A stretch of 64,000 bases of DNA from Promethearchaeati archaeon (lineage in GTDB: Archaea > Asgardarchaeota > Heimdallarchaeia > Heimdallarchaeales > Heimdallarchaeaceae): the NCBI GenBank assembly GCA_013166775.1, contig JABLTJ010000002.1, positions 64,001 through 128,000 on the forward strand, written 5' to 3'. The translations under genes and the position numbers were made by a program. This document shows, one piece after another, positions 18,511-28,875 of the stretch (positions are counted from its first letter, which is position 1; every line of letters begins with the position of its first letter). The notes below the pieces were generated by a model, which had not been told where the DNA came from, did not search any database, and was given only the letters and a program-made list of their open reading frames with translations.

Positions 18511-19332
18511 CTAACCTATCCATCTCAAGAAAAAGAACAGTATTGTGATAATTCCAAGTAACAAACACACAATAGCAAAATTATATTTTCTAGCTATAAG
18601 TAGAAAGAGTTCCATTGTCAAATAACCTACAATTGCTGTAATGATAATAGCAATTAATAATTGCCACCACACAAGAGGAAAAACATTACCTCCTTCTATC
18701 ATGATGACAATAAGATTTAGAAAAAAACCTCCCAAAACAGCAGGAATGCTCATGATAAAGCTCCCCTTAATGCTATCTTCTTTTTCCACTGACATGAACA
18801 ATAATCCGCTCATTGTTATACCAGATCTGCTAATACCAGGAATTATGGAAAAACCTTGTAACAGTCCACTGATAGTCATCTCTTTCTTAGAAGTATTCTC
18901 TATCAGTTTTCCTTCTCTATCTTGTCTTTTAGCGTAGTATAGAAGAGCAGCTGTAATTAACAAGGATATTCCAATGATGAGCATAAAATATTCTCCAATT
19001 TGAGAATTGGAACCTAGATGTCGTACCAAGAAATAACAAGGCACACCTGTGATTATTGTGCCTAGAGTACTTAAGAGAATAAACCATCTCCATTTTCTTA
19101 TTGTTTCTTCTTTAACTTGTGGATTAATGTATTGATATATTTCTTTTCGAAACTTTACTACTACAGCAATTAATGTTCCTAAATGCAGCCATAAAGATAT
19201 TTCTAGAGCTTCTTCAGGAGTAATTCCTAGAAAACCTGTTAATAGAGTTATAGTTTGCCCTTCTGAACTTACTGGTAACCATTCCAGAACTCCTTGAAGA
19301 AACGCAAAAGCAATAATAATCCATAGAAGCAT
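18511..19332 (-). CDS. uppP: undecaprenyl/polyprenyl-diphosphate phosphatase (BacA family)
   Basis: QGVLEWLPVSSEG, LHLGT, PGISRSG.T. Confidence 0.93.
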   Translation of the reverse strand: MLLWIIIAFAFLQGVLEWLPVSSEGQTITLLTGFLGITPEEALEISLWLHLGTLIAVVVKFRKEIYQYINPQVKEETIRKWRWFILLSTLGTIITGVPCYFLVRHLGSNSQIGEYFMLIIGISLLITAALLYYAKRQDREGKLIENTSKKEMTISGLLQGFSIIPGISRSGITMSGLLFMSVEKEDSIKGSFIMSIPAVLGGFFLNLIVIMIEGGNVFPLVWWQLLIAIIITAIVGYLTMELFLLIARKYNFAIVCLLLGIITILFFFLRWIG

Positions 19333-19390
19333 CTGTTATTCCTTAAATTGACTATTGTATAAAAAATTATGTAAAAGAGCTTTAGTATTG

Positions 19391-19828
19391 CTATTCTTCA
19401 CTAATTCTCCGGCGAATGTAATTTTCTAGTTTTTCCCCAGCTGGAACTATTTCTATGTCTTCAATTAATTTGTTCTCAATATCACTACCTTCTATCAACA
19501 GAATCCAACCTTCTCCATAGGCATCAGTGTTGATTAAATCAGGTGTTTTTCTTAGTTGATCATTTTTCTCTATAATTATACCAGCAATAGGAGCTCGAAT
19601 TTGTCCAACCCATTTTCCACTTTCATAGGTCCCAATTATCTGGTTTTTTTTCACTCTCTGTCCCTCTTTCATCGTTCGAACAAATTCAATTTTTCCTGCT
19701 CTTTTTGAAGCATAATCGTCTATCCCCAACTGAATGATACTTTCAGATTTTCTTCTAATCCATACATGACCTGGATCTCTTAGAATGTAAAACAAATCAT
19801 CTGGGAAATCGTATTGTTCAATTTTCAT
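19391..19828 (-). CDS. GcvH-like lipoyl carrier protein (LbpA-type)
   Basis: HVW, GIDDYA, ESGKWVG lipoyl-Lys motif, INTDAYGEGWI. Confidence 0.88.
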   Translation of the reverse strand: MKIEQYDFPDDLFYILRDPGHVWIRRKSESIIQLGIDDYASKRAGKIEFVRTMKEGQRVKKNQIIGTYESGKWVGQIRAPIAGIIIEKNDQLRKTPDLINTDAYGEGWILLIEGSDIENKLIEDIEIVPAGEKLENYIRRRISEE

Positions 19829-21237
19829 AACATAAACCTACTTGCTAATTTTAACGCTGTTTTTAAACTAATTACTGGGAACAATTTAAATCTTGGTGGG
19901 ATTACTTTCCCAGGATTACTTATTCCTTTTGGGTCAACTATCTTTTTGAATTCTTTATACTTCTTGTATCGTTCTTTTCCAAAAATAGCTTGATAATATC
20001 CTGAAAACCATAGTCCAGTAGTGTATGGATATCCTTTAACTTTTATCCCTTTGAGTACGTTTTTATACAAATCCAGATTGACTCGAAGCTTCTTAAATGG
20101 ACCTAGTTTTTCTTCGAAATATAGAAACATTAGAAGCGAATAATGAGTTTTACCAATCATTTCTCCCTCAAGATGAATTTGTCCATCAATCTTTGAAGAT
20201 AATTTCTGCAGATATTTGCTACTTGTTTCTATGGGAAGAATTATTTCATTAGTAAGGTAATCCTTATACTCTTTTAACATTGCAAACGTCTTAAAACGAA
20301 TATTCCATATATTGATAATGTATCTCCTGTCTAAAATTTGCCCTCCTGCATTTCTTACTGTTTGGTTGAAGCTGAGATTAAATTCGTTTTCTTCTTCTTC
20401 ATAGCTAATTTCTTTTGAAACAATAATAACATATCTTTCAGGAAGCGAATATCCAAAAGACTGGTTAATCTCTTCAACATGTTTTGGATTAAAGAACCAT
20501 ATAGAATAAGGATCGATTTCGGAAATTTCTTTCAATCCCTTAGCTAATTGTAGTGGTGAATCAAAGGTGCATCCGAACTGTTTTAGAGGAATATCAAATT
20601 TAATTTTTAATTGTATTCTTGTAATTAATCCCAAAGTTCCATTTGAACCAACAAAAAGTTCTAAATCCTCTTTTTCAGTGATCTTCTTTATTTCTCCTGT
20701 TGGTAATACCACATCCAAAGCTAAAATTTGATCTAAAGCTCCTCCATATTTAGCACTACCCACACCATAACCACCATGAGCAATCCAACCGCCAATTGTA
20801 GCAGAATGAAAGCTTGAAGGATATGAGCAAAGAGAGAATCCTTGGAGATTTAGCTTTCTTTGCAGCTCTGAAATCACTGTTGCAGGACTAACTAAAACGG
20901 ATTGATCAAAGGGTTCAATCAACAGCTCACTTTCTAAACCTTTAACGTCGACAATTATACCCCTTTTGTAGGTGACACATCCACCAAAACCTGCTGTTCC
21001 ACCACTTCTTGGAGTGACAGGTACCTTATTTTCCGTCGCAAGCTCGTAGAGCTTTTTCACTTCTTCAGTAGTAGATGGAAGTACTACTGCATCAGCTGTA
21101 TTATTGTAGAATAGCCTTGTGATTGGTGGTAAATCTGCTAAATCTCTAGAATAAATTCGAATAGTCGTTTCATCATCTCTAAAACCTTTTCCTAAGTGTC
21201 GCACGAATTTAGTACGAACTTTATTTTTCAAGGTCAT
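19825..21237 (-). CDS. FAD-linked oxidoreductase (GlcD/D-lactate dehydrogenase, VAO family)
   Basis: PVTPRSGGT, YPSS...ATIGGWIA, GSNGTLGLIT, DPKGISNPGK. Confidence 0.9.
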   Translation of the reverse strand: MTLKNKVRTKFVRHLGKGFRDDETTIRIYSRDLADLPPITRLFYNNTADAVVLPSTTEEVKKLYELATENKVPVTPRSGGTAGFGGCVTYKRGIIVDVKGLESELLIEPFDQSVLVSPATVISELQRKLNLQGFSLCSYPSSFHSATIGGWIAHGGYGVGSAKYGGALDQILALDVVLPTGEIKKITEKEDLELFVGSNGTLGLITRIQLKIKFDIPLKQFGCTFDSPLQLAKGLKEISEIDPYSIWFFNPKHVEEINQSFGYSLPERYVIIVSKEISYEEEENEFNLSFNQTVRNAGGQILDRRYIINIWNIRFKTFAMLKEYKDYLTNEIILPIETSSKYLQKLSSKIDGQIHLEGEMIGKTHYSLLMFLYFEEKLGPFKKLRVNLDLYKNVLKGIKVKGYPYTTGLWFSGYYQAIFGKERYKKYKEFKKIVDPKGISNPGKVIPPRFKLFPVISLKTALKLASRFML

Positions 21238-22430
21238 TTTTTACCCTCCACCATTCGACTGACCAATTCAGCTATATCAATTACTTCAACATCCATTTCT
21301 CTTTGTTTAATTCCTTGTTGAATAGTATCTAAACAAGTTGGACACCCATTAACAACAATGTTAGCTTCTGAATATTGAATTTCAGATATTAGGTGGGAAT
21401 TGACTTGTCCAACTAATTCTTCATCATTTAGTTTTAGTAAACCACCTCCTCCACAACAAAGTGATTCTTCCCTATTAGATGGTAGTTCTTCATATCTGAC
21501 ATTAGGAATGTTTTTGATTACTTCCCTTGGAGCATCACTTAATCCACAATGTCTCACTAGTTCACATGGATCTTTGAATGTTATTTTTTCTTTAATTGGA
21601 TTAATTACTTTCAGTTTCTTTTCTTCGAAAAGTTCATTTGCTAATTCAGAAATATGAACTACTTCGATATCCCACTCTTCACCCAAGACTCTGGGGTAAA
21701 CTATTTTGAAAGCTCTATAACATCCTGCACAAGCTGTAACTACTTTCTTAACACCAAGTTTCTTGAATTGATCTAAGTTATGTTTTGCGAAAGTCTTCCC
21801 AACGGAAAAACCACCAGCTAAGAAAATTGGAGAACCACAACACCTTTCTTCAGTTCCTAAGATAGTGAAGTTTAATTTTGCTTTTCTAAGAATCTTAACA
21901 ACGCTTTCTGCTATACTTCCCATTTTACCAGAATATGAGGCTTGACATCCCACGAAATACGCTAAAGGTGCTTTCTTTTGCGTTCGTCTAGACATATTCA
22001 TACCACTTAATGCTGCCCAAGAAACTCTTTCTTCAGTAGGTAGCCCAAAAATATTAAAGAAATCTTTTACTCTGTTATAGAGAGATAAGAGTTTGGGATT
22101 CCATCTTCCTCTTTTGAATGCTTCTTGTCTTATCTGTTCCCAAACTTTCAACAAAGGAAGATCAACAATACAGATGTCTTCACAAGCACGACATGCAGTA
22201 CAAAGGAATACGCTTTCAAATAGCTGTTTAGAGACGTCGTTTCTCAACTTGTCCTTTATTTCTTCTGAATAATATAGTTTAATCTGATCCAAAATCCCTC
22301 TTGGATGATTAACCTCCCATTTAAGTTCCTTATAGGTCGGACATAATGAACAATAACCACAATATACACATTTTTGTGCTACATCCAATACATCTACTTG
22401 CCAACCTTGTAGAGAACTCATCTGCAACAA
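21234..22430 (-). CDS. Fe-S oxidoreductase with two CCG domains (HdrD/GlcF-like)
   Basis: CVYCGYC..CP, CTACRAC..IC, YFVGC, ERCCG, TACAGC, DPC, LCCGGGG, CPTC. Confidence 0.92.
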   Translation of the reverse strand: MLQMSSLQGWQVDVLDVAQKCVYCGYCSLCPTYKELKWEVNHPRGILDQIKLYYSEEIKDKLRNDVSKQLFESVFLCTACRACEDICIVDLPLLKVWEQIRQEAFKRGRWNPKLLSLYNRVKDFFNIFGLPTEERVSWAALSGMNMSRRTQKKAPLAYFVGCQASYSGKMGSIAESVVKILRKAKLNFTILGTEERCCGSPIFLAGGFSVGKTFAKHNLDQFKKLGVKKVVTACAGCYRAFKIVYPRVLGEEWDIEVVHISELANELFEEKKLKVINPIKEKITFKDPCELVRHCGLSDAPREVIKNIPNVRYEELPSNREESLCCGGGGLLKLNDEELVGQVNSHLISEIQYSEANIVVNGCPTCLDTIQQGIKQREMDVEVIDIAELVSRMVEGKK

Positions 22431-22515
22431 ATAAATGATATTTATATCTCTTTTAATTTCTTGTGGTAAGTTTAATCAAAATTGCATAAACAAATGTCAA
22501 GGGATTTATGACCAA

Positions 22516-23073
22516 TTAAGGCTTATAACGGTTAAAAACGAAGAAATGGAGTTTCTTCTTTATTTTTGATGCAACAACGAAATTCTTTCTAACAGTTGTT
22601 GCAAGTCTTCCTGCTCTCACGAGTTCAATAGGATTTATTTTTCCCTCTTGTTCTATGATTTGTACCATATATGGACTATGTTCCAAACCAGGACCTTTAA
22701 TATATACAGCAAAGTCCACACCGAATTTCAATCCAGGTCTAACAATATAACCTAGGTTCCTTAAATACCTGTAGACGTACATTTTATTTTCAAAATTCAT
22801 ATATTGCTTGTTGCATCTTTCCATGAACACTTTCTTTGTTACTTTTTCTTCCTTTTCGTCAAGTATTGTTAATTTCTTATTCTCAAGAAGATAAAGGCCT
22901 TCAAAGTAAGAAATCTCAGATGGATCTCTGAATTCATCACCAAGGTTGGGTTTTCTTACTCCTATGGGTTTTCCATAGAAACCTGCAGAATAAAGTTCAA
23001 TGCCTTCTTTTATATTCCACACTATCAATCTATTGCCTATCATCTGTGCGGTATATTTTGAAGTCATTTTCAT
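22516..23073 (-). CDS. endA: tRNA-intron endonuclease, catalytic subunit
   Basis: GFYGKP loop, GLKFGVDFAVY..GPGLEHSPY, GRLATTVRK (Tyr/His/Lys triad). Confidence 0.95.
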   Translation of the reverse strand: MKMTSKYTAQMIGNRLIVWNIKEGIELYSAGFYGKPIGVRKPNLGDEFRDPSEISYFEGLYLLENKKLTILDEKEEKVTKKVFMERCNKQYMNFENKMYVYRYLRNLGYIVRPGLKFGVDFAVYIKGPGLEHSPYMVQIIEQEGKINPIELVRAGRLATTVRKNFVVASKIKKKLHFFVFNRYKP

Positions 23074-23198
23074 TCTAATCCGTGAATAATTATATAAATA
23101 ACTTGAGATTGTTAAGAATTTGTATATTTCTATCTGTTTCTGGTTAATACTTTAGATATAATTTTATAGATGTTAATTGTAAATTAATATTGAATTAT

Positions 23199-24605
23199 AT
23201 GATTATCTCAACAGGGATAAACGAATTAGATAAAATGATAGATGGAGGGTTAAGAACAAGTTACTGTTATGCAATTAAAGGAACAGCAGGTGCAGGAAAA
23301 ACTGTTCTCTCATTGTTTATTACACACGGTGCATTGCAAAAAGATATACCAGTTTTATTTATTTCCACAGAAGTCGAGTCTGATAAAATAGTCGAATACG
23401 GAAAATCCTTTGGAATGGATTTACAATCCTTCATAAAAAGTGGTCAATTAAGCGTAGAAAAAATGACACTAAAACCCCAAGGAGTCAATCTTGTTCAAAC
23501 TGAAAGATTTGACCTTTCAGGAATAATAGCTAGAACTAAAGCAAAATTACAAAAAATCAATGCTAAATTAGTTATTTTTGATTCTATCACTGCATTCTTT
23601 GCTGAGTTTCAATATGAGAAAACTGCAAGAAGCAATTTTATGGATTTTATTAGGGAAATCACAAATGAAGATACAGTACTTATATTCACAGCTGAATCAC
23701 AAGTTGCTGAAGAATATGCTACTCTTGAAGAATTTTTAGTAGATGGTGTAATTAAAATCAGAACTGAACTTAAGAATAATCAACTTATCAAAAAAATATC
23801 TGTCCCCAAACTCAGATCTGCTCAACCAACTCATTTTGAAAATAGATTTATTATAGATAAAAAAGGTGTAACCATTTTCCGTTCAGAACATCCTCCAATA
23901 TCATTAATTGAAGAAGAGAAAACAGGAATAGGAAGACTAGATGAATTATTAGGAGGAGGTATCCCAACTGGGAGTGTCATCCTTATTGAGGTGGATGGAG
24001 AAACAAATTACTTCCCCTTATTCTTAACTTCTATGTATCATCATCTAAGTGAAAATAAAGGAGTTATTATTCATTCCAATGTTCACATGTATTCTTCCAA
24101 AATCGTGGAGGAGTTTAAAAGATCGAAAAGTGATATTACTTCCCATCTTAATGAAGGGAATGTAGTTTTCATTGACAAATATAATCGCTCGGTTACAGCA
24201 GTAGAAGCAAGAGAAATGAGTCAATTAATGACAACTGATGATATGATCTCAGTGACAGTTGAATTAATGGAAGCATTTGCACAAGCAAAACAAAAAGTTG
24301 TTTTATTTGGTGATTTAACAGATGATGCAAACATCCTATCTGAATCTGATTTCCTACGTTATTTTGCTCTCCAATCTTTCAACATCAAAGAAAGAAGAGC
24401 AATTGCTTATTCGTTTATCAACTTTAATGCAATAAGTAGGGAAATTCTTGCTAGATTGCGAACCACAGCTGACATAATCATTAGATTCTCTAGAGTAGAG
24501 TATAATCATTATATAGAATGTTTGAAGAGCTCAACAGGTGCTACATTCTTACCTAAGATCGTAAAATTCAACGATACAGTCCCGCTAATTGAAATTATTG
24601 GTTAG
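23199..24605 (+). CDS. KaiC/RAD55-family ATPase with two RecA domains, the second degenerate
   Basis: STGINELDKMIDGG...GTAGAGKT...IFDSIT...EEFLVDG...KLR. The second repeat TGIGRLDELLGGGIP lacks Walker A GKT. Confidence 0.9.
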   Translation: MIISTGINELDKMIDGGLRTSYCYAIKGTAGAGKTVLSLFITHGALQKDIPVLFISTEVESDKIVEYGKSFGMDLQSFIKSGQLSVEKMTLKPQGVNLVQTERFDLSGIIARTKAKLQKINAKLVIFDSITAFFAEFQYEKTARSNFMDFIREITNEDTVLIFTAESQVAEEYATLEEFLVDGVIKIRTELKNNQLIKKISVPKLRSAQPTHFENRFIIDKKGVTIFRSEHPPISLIEEEKTGIGRLDELLGGGIPTGSVILIEVDGETNYFPLFLTSMYHHLSENKGVIIHSNVHMYSSKIVEEFKRSKSDITSHLNEGNVVFIDKYNRSVTAVEAREMSQLMTTDDMISVTVELMEAFAQAKQKVVLFGDLTDDANILSESDFLRYFALQSFNIKERRAIAYSFINFNAISREILARLRTTADIIIRFSRVEYNHYIECLKSSTGATFLPKIVKFNDTVPLIEIIG

Positions 24606-24614
24606 GTAGATAAA

Positions 24615-24881
24615 ATGGAACTAAAAGTAATGTTCTTCACAAGTCCAACATGTGGTTGGTGTCCATTTGTTGAAGGAATATTAAAGAAAATAATCGATGA
24701 AGTAAGCCATCTGACTTTGGAGATTATTGATATTTCTAAAGAAGTAGATAAAGCTGAAGAATATGAAATAGTTGCCATACCAACTATCATTCTTCCAAAT
24801 AACCAAAGAATTATTGGAGGAGCTGACGAAGCTTTTATTCGAGAACAACTAAATTTCTTTGTGTTTATGGGACAAAGTTAA
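24615..24881 (+). CDS. thioredoxin-family protein
   Basis: FTSPTCGWCP, AEEYEIVAIPT. Confidence 0.9.
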   Translation: MELKVMFFTSPTCGWCPFVEGILKKIIDEVSHLTLEIIDISKEVDKAEEYEIVAIPTIILPNNQRIIGGADEAFIREQLNFFVFMGQS

Positions 24882-24905
24882 AAAAATCTGCAACTTACTT
24901 CCTTT

Positions 24906-26261
24906 ATGAATAATTCCGATGAAGTGCTAGAGAAACTACTTGGAAAGAGCTTCACTCAAAATACAATTTTACACAGAATTAAAGACTTATGTCTTTTGGG
25001 AAGTAGATTTTCAGGTACAGAGAGTGAGAAAAATGCTCAACAGTATATGATTGATTTTCTTTCTGAATTGAATGTTAGTAAACAGGAGTATGAATTCGAA
25101 TACCAAGGTTGGTGGAGAGGAGCGTGTAATTTCTATATAAGAACTGATGCGAAAAGAGAATTTCCTGCTATTTCTTTAGTTCTAGCACCTTCAACTCCAG
25201 ATGAAGGAACTAAAGGAAGAATCATAGATTGTGGAGGAGGGTCGGTAACAGAAATGAACCGATTGAAGGAAATTATACCTGGAAATATCGCAATGGTTCA
25301 TTCTGGGAATACTGAGGAAGGTTGGTTGCATAGAAGGATAAAATATGCAAATGCGTACAAGTTCGGTGCGAGTGGATTCATATTTGCAAATCATAATCCA
25401 GGTCAATTATTTCCAACTGGAAGTGTTAGATCAAATCGAATAGGTGAGATACCAGCAATTGGAATATCAAAAGAATCTTACGAATACATAAAAGAAATGA
25501 TGAATAGATATGAAGATGTAACAGGAAAAATAACAGTTTACAACAATTATGAAAATACAACTTCTAAACATATTATTTGGGAAATACCAGGAGTACAAAA
25601 GGACGAAGTAATTATTATTGGTGGTCACTATGATGGTCATGATATTGCTCAAGGAGCAACAGATAATGCTGCGTCTATAGCTGTTTTATTAGAACTAACA
25701 AAATTGATGGTTGAGAATAATTATGTTCCTTATAGGACAATTCGATTTATTGCCTTTGCAGTAGAAGAATTCGGTGTAGTGGGTTCGAACATTCTTGTCA
25801 ATGATAAAGGAGTGAAAAACATTGTTGCTATGATTAATTTCGATGGTTTAGTAGGTCACATCCCCAAGCATATTGCTTGTAATGGATATGAGGAACTGTA
25901 CAAAGCAATGTTGAAATTAAAAGAGGAATTACTCTATGAGCCAAAAATTTCAAAGAGTATTATTACAGCAAGCGATAATTTTCCATATATGTGCAAAGGA
26001 ATACCAAATTTCTGTGTATATGGAGAGAAACCTGACCCAAGAGCTGGAAGAGGATATGGTCATACATCTGCAGACACCTTTGATAAGATTTCCAAAGTAG
26101 ATGCGAAACTGTCACTAGCTTTTGCATTAGTATTCATTGATAAATTTAGTAAGTTAGCTGAATTACCAAAGAGATTATCAGATTCCGAAGTAGTGAAAAT
26201 ACTTAGAGATGCTAAATTGGAAGAGAATCTGAAATTACTAGAAAAATGGCCTTTCAAGTAA
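24906..26261 (+). CDS. M28 metallopeptidase with PA domain
   Basis: GGHYD, GATDNAAS, AVEEFG, NFD, SDNFPY, HTSADTFDK. Confidence 0.93.
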   Translation: MNNSDEVLEKLLGKSFTQNTILHRIKDLCLLGSRFSGTESEKNAQQYMIDFLSELNVSKQEYEFEYQGWWRGACNFYIRTDAKREFPAISLVLAPSTPDEGTKGRIIDCGGGSVTEMNRLKEIIPGNIAMVHSGNTEEGWLHRRIKYANAYKFGASGFIFANHNPGQLFPTGSVRSNRIGEIPAIGISKESYEYIKEMMNRYEDVTGKITVYNNYENTTSKHIIWEIPGVQKDEVIIIGGHYDGHDIAQGATDNAASIAVLLELTKLMVENNYVPYRTIRFIAFAVEEFGVVGSNILVNDKGVKNIVAMINFDGLVGHIPKHIACNGYEELYKAMLKLKEELLYEPKISKSIITASDNFPYMCKGIPNFCVYGEKPDPRAGRGYGHTSADTFDKISKVDAKLSLAFALVFIDKFSKLAELPKRLSDSEVVKILRDAKLEENLKLLEKWPFK

Positions 26262-26276
26262 ACTTCAGAACAAAAA

Positions 26277-26892
26277 CTATTTTTTCTTCTTTCTTCTCGG
26301 AAAAAATCTTTCCCTCTTTCTTCATATATTCTCTATATTCATCTCCAAATTCTTCTAGAAGAATCTCTTCTTCATTTTTTGTTGTTATAACATATCCAGG
26401 AATACCTAGCAATAGGACAAGTAGATAAGGGGAATGTGTTACAAGTGGGAGACCAATAAAACAAACAATAGACATAGTATATTCAGGATGACGAACGATA
26501 GCTTATCCCCACTTTGTAACTAGTTTTGAACTATCTATAGCCAGATAAGCACTTCTCCCAATTCTTCCAAATGAAGCGATGATAATTCCAATAGTCATCA
26601 AAAACATTCCAATTAATACCAAAACAACTTGAGCTATAAATGGGAGGTAAATTGTAAGAAATAGGACTTTTCTGGTTTAGTATAGAATAGGTGCAATGAA
26701 AATATATACCCAAAAGAAAACTGTTGGGAAAAAGACAAAAATCCCTTCAAGAATAGATTTGAAAGATGCATTGGGGTATGAAGCTTTACCCTTCTTAATC
26801 AGCATATAAATGTCGAAAGGAATGTGAGTAAGAATATAAACACTAAGAAAACTAATTAGAAATTTGTGTATTAAATCACCAATATAAACCAT
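26277..26892 (-). pseudogene. disrupted isoprenylcysteine carboxyl methyltransferase/PEMT-family gene
   Basis: One frame: ...APILY*TRKV...KLVTKWG*AIVRHPEY...EEEILLEEFGDEYREYMKK. In-frame TAA at 26677-79 and 26503-05. A +1 slip near the end hides GRFFPRRKKKK*. Confidence 0.85.
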
Positions 26893-26959
26893 ATAATCAC
26901 AAATTCTAATTTATTATAGAGCAGATTTAGTGTTGTAATTGAGGAAAAAAAAAGAAAAA

Positions 26960-28771
26960 TTATTTATTAACTTTTCTCGACACATATACTGATACTATTC
27001 CAGAGAACATGAATATTATTAAAAGAACATTACTATACTCAGAAATTGTTGAAAAATAACCTGCTTCTTCCATTAATGTAGTAGCTAGACTTATATCATA
27101 AGTATAGGGAGTAAGGCTATTATCAAAATCTACGCAGCCATCAGGCATTGTACTTACAGCAGGAAATCCCAATCCGTTTAAAATATCATCAACAATTGTT
27201 TGACGAGGAATACAGTGACTTATTGCATGTCTAACTTTCTTAGCTGCTTCTGGTGTTCCAACTGGAGTAAGTTCACCTGTACCTAGTACAGGATGTTTCA
27301 TGTTAATTGATAATTCTCCGTGCCTAAGATTTGTAACAAGAACACCTTCAATTCCAGTAACACCTTCAAAATCTGTCCAATCTGGGAAGAATTGAGCATC
27401 CATAATGTCTATTGTTCCATCAATTAATGAAGCAACAGCTGAATCTTTACCTGAAATGAATGCTAGATAGAATTCATCTAAATCTACTGGGTCTCCAAGC
27501 CAATATGGATTAGGTTCTAGCTTTACTACACTATTTACTATATCAAAAGCTGTAAGCATCATTGGACCACAAGATTTGACAAGTGCAGCACCATCGCCGT
27601 TAACATCTGCAACGCTGAAAGGCATGATATCAAGAATACCCCATCCACGAGCATTAATACGAGGTTCAACATCACTTTTATCAAGAATTGGAATGTTATA
27701 CAAATATTCCCAGAAATTGTAAATGCCTGTCATTTCAAAGGTAACATTTCCACCAGCTACATTGCCAGTATCTGCGTCAACTGCAATAGAAGAGTTGTCA
27801 CCAAACCAATATACCATGGTTGAATAATCTGCTGAACCAGATAATGGTGTCATATGCATTTGGTAGCTGTAAACAATATCCTCAGGAATGACTTCTTCTC
27901 CATCACTGAATTTAGCTAGTGGGTCTAGTTTCATTTCAACGGTTTGTGTTCCTGCAACAAGATTGAATTCAGTATACAGAGATTCTGCAACTTCTGGTTC
28001 CCAGCCATGGGTTCCTTGAGCTCGTTTTAATGGACAGCCATAAACTTGACTCATCCATTGTTTATCGTAAAATGATTCAGCTCCGAAGATGTTTGGTTCG
28101 CTCAAATCAGAAGGGATTCCATATTTGATTATATTATCATCTGGGTCATCCCAGTACTCGATACGGTAATTGGAAGTAGATAGTAACAAATTATCGATTC
28201 CTGTAAGTCCTTCTTTGAATCCAAAGAGATCACCGCGGTAGATTATTCCAATAGCTGGAAGATCTTCATAGATTATTGCTTGTAGTTGATGAGAGTTACT
28301 CATTCTCTCAGTAAAATCAACAGAGGTAAGATATTGCTCAAATATTGCATCATATGTTGGATTTGAATATTGGTAATAGTTGTCGCCAAGAGGGATTATA
28401 GCTGTGGTTTCATACATACTCGCTAAATCTCCATCTAAATCCCAAAGCCATCCTACAAAGAGGACATCATATCCACCATCTTCAAATGTTGGAATATGAT
28501 CATATTCGACACCAACTGGATAAGCCCAAGTTCGTGGAGCGATGTTGCCCCAACCTGTTAAGTCTTCGAAAGAAACATTTATTCCAATTTTAGCTATTTC
28601 TTGTTCAATTAAATTAGCCCATTGAATTCTAGCTGGATTAGTATTTGGTGTTAAGAAATTTATATAAATGACTGGATCTGGATTTTGACCTTGTACTCCT
28701 AACAAGAAGTTTGGTGTAAGTAAAATCAATATTAAAATGAATATATCGAATTTTGTTTTCATTTTTATCAC
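26960..28771 (-). CDS. family-5 (peptide/nickel) ABC substrate-binding protein, circularly permuted, C-terminal membrane anchor
   Basis: Signal peptide; FSDG..V.PEDIVYSY, SCGPM, VRHAISHCIPR, YD...A..LMEEAG, YSNPTYD; TM plus basic tail. Confidence 0.9.
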   Translation of the reverse strand: MIKMKTKFDIFILILILLTPNFLLGVQGQNPDPVIYINFLTPNTNPARIQWANLIEQEIAKIGINVSFEDLTGWGNIAPRTWAYPVGVEYDHIPTFEDGGYDVLFVGWLWDLDGDLASMYETTAIIPLGDNYYQYSNPTYDAIFEQYLTSVDFTERMSNSHQLQAIIYEDLPAIGIIYRGDLFGFKEGLTGIDNLLLSTSNYRIEYWDDPDDNIIKYGIPSDLSEPNIFGAESFYDKQWMSQVYGCPLKRAQGTHGWEPEVAESLYTEFNLVAGTQTVEMKLDPLAKFSDGEEVIPEDIVYSYQMHMTPLSGSADYSTMVYWFGDNSSIAVDADTGNVAGGNVTFEMTGIYNFWEYLYNIPILDKSDVEPRINARGWGILDIMPFSVADVNGDGAALVKSCGPMMLTAFDIVNSVVKLEPNPYWLGDPVDLDEFYLAFISGKDSAVASLIDGTIDIMDAQFFPDWTDFEGVTGIEGVLVTNLRHGELSINMKHPVLGTGELTPVGTPEAAKKVRHAISHCIPRQTIVDDILNGLGFPAVSTMPDGCVDFDNSLTPYTYDISLATTLMEEAGYFSTISEYSNVLLIIFMFSGIVSVYVSRKVNK

Positions 28772-28875
28772 TTTTTAATTAATCAAATCAAATCTTGATA
28801 GAATAAAAATAAAAAGCTTTTGCATTATATTTATAAAGTGAATATTTTAATGAAATACTAAAATAAATAATTCGA

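Noticed and set aside
19391-19828. Glycine cleavage system
   Set aside because: No P, T or L protein genes in the window; context and the ESGKW motif point elsewhere.
23199-24881. True circadian KaiABC clock
   Set aside because: No KaiA, the second domain lacks Walker A, and the partner is a CxxC thioredoxin.
26503-26679. TAA recoding or alternative genetic code
   Set aside because: TAA ends many intact genes here, and the same gene also has a frameshift.
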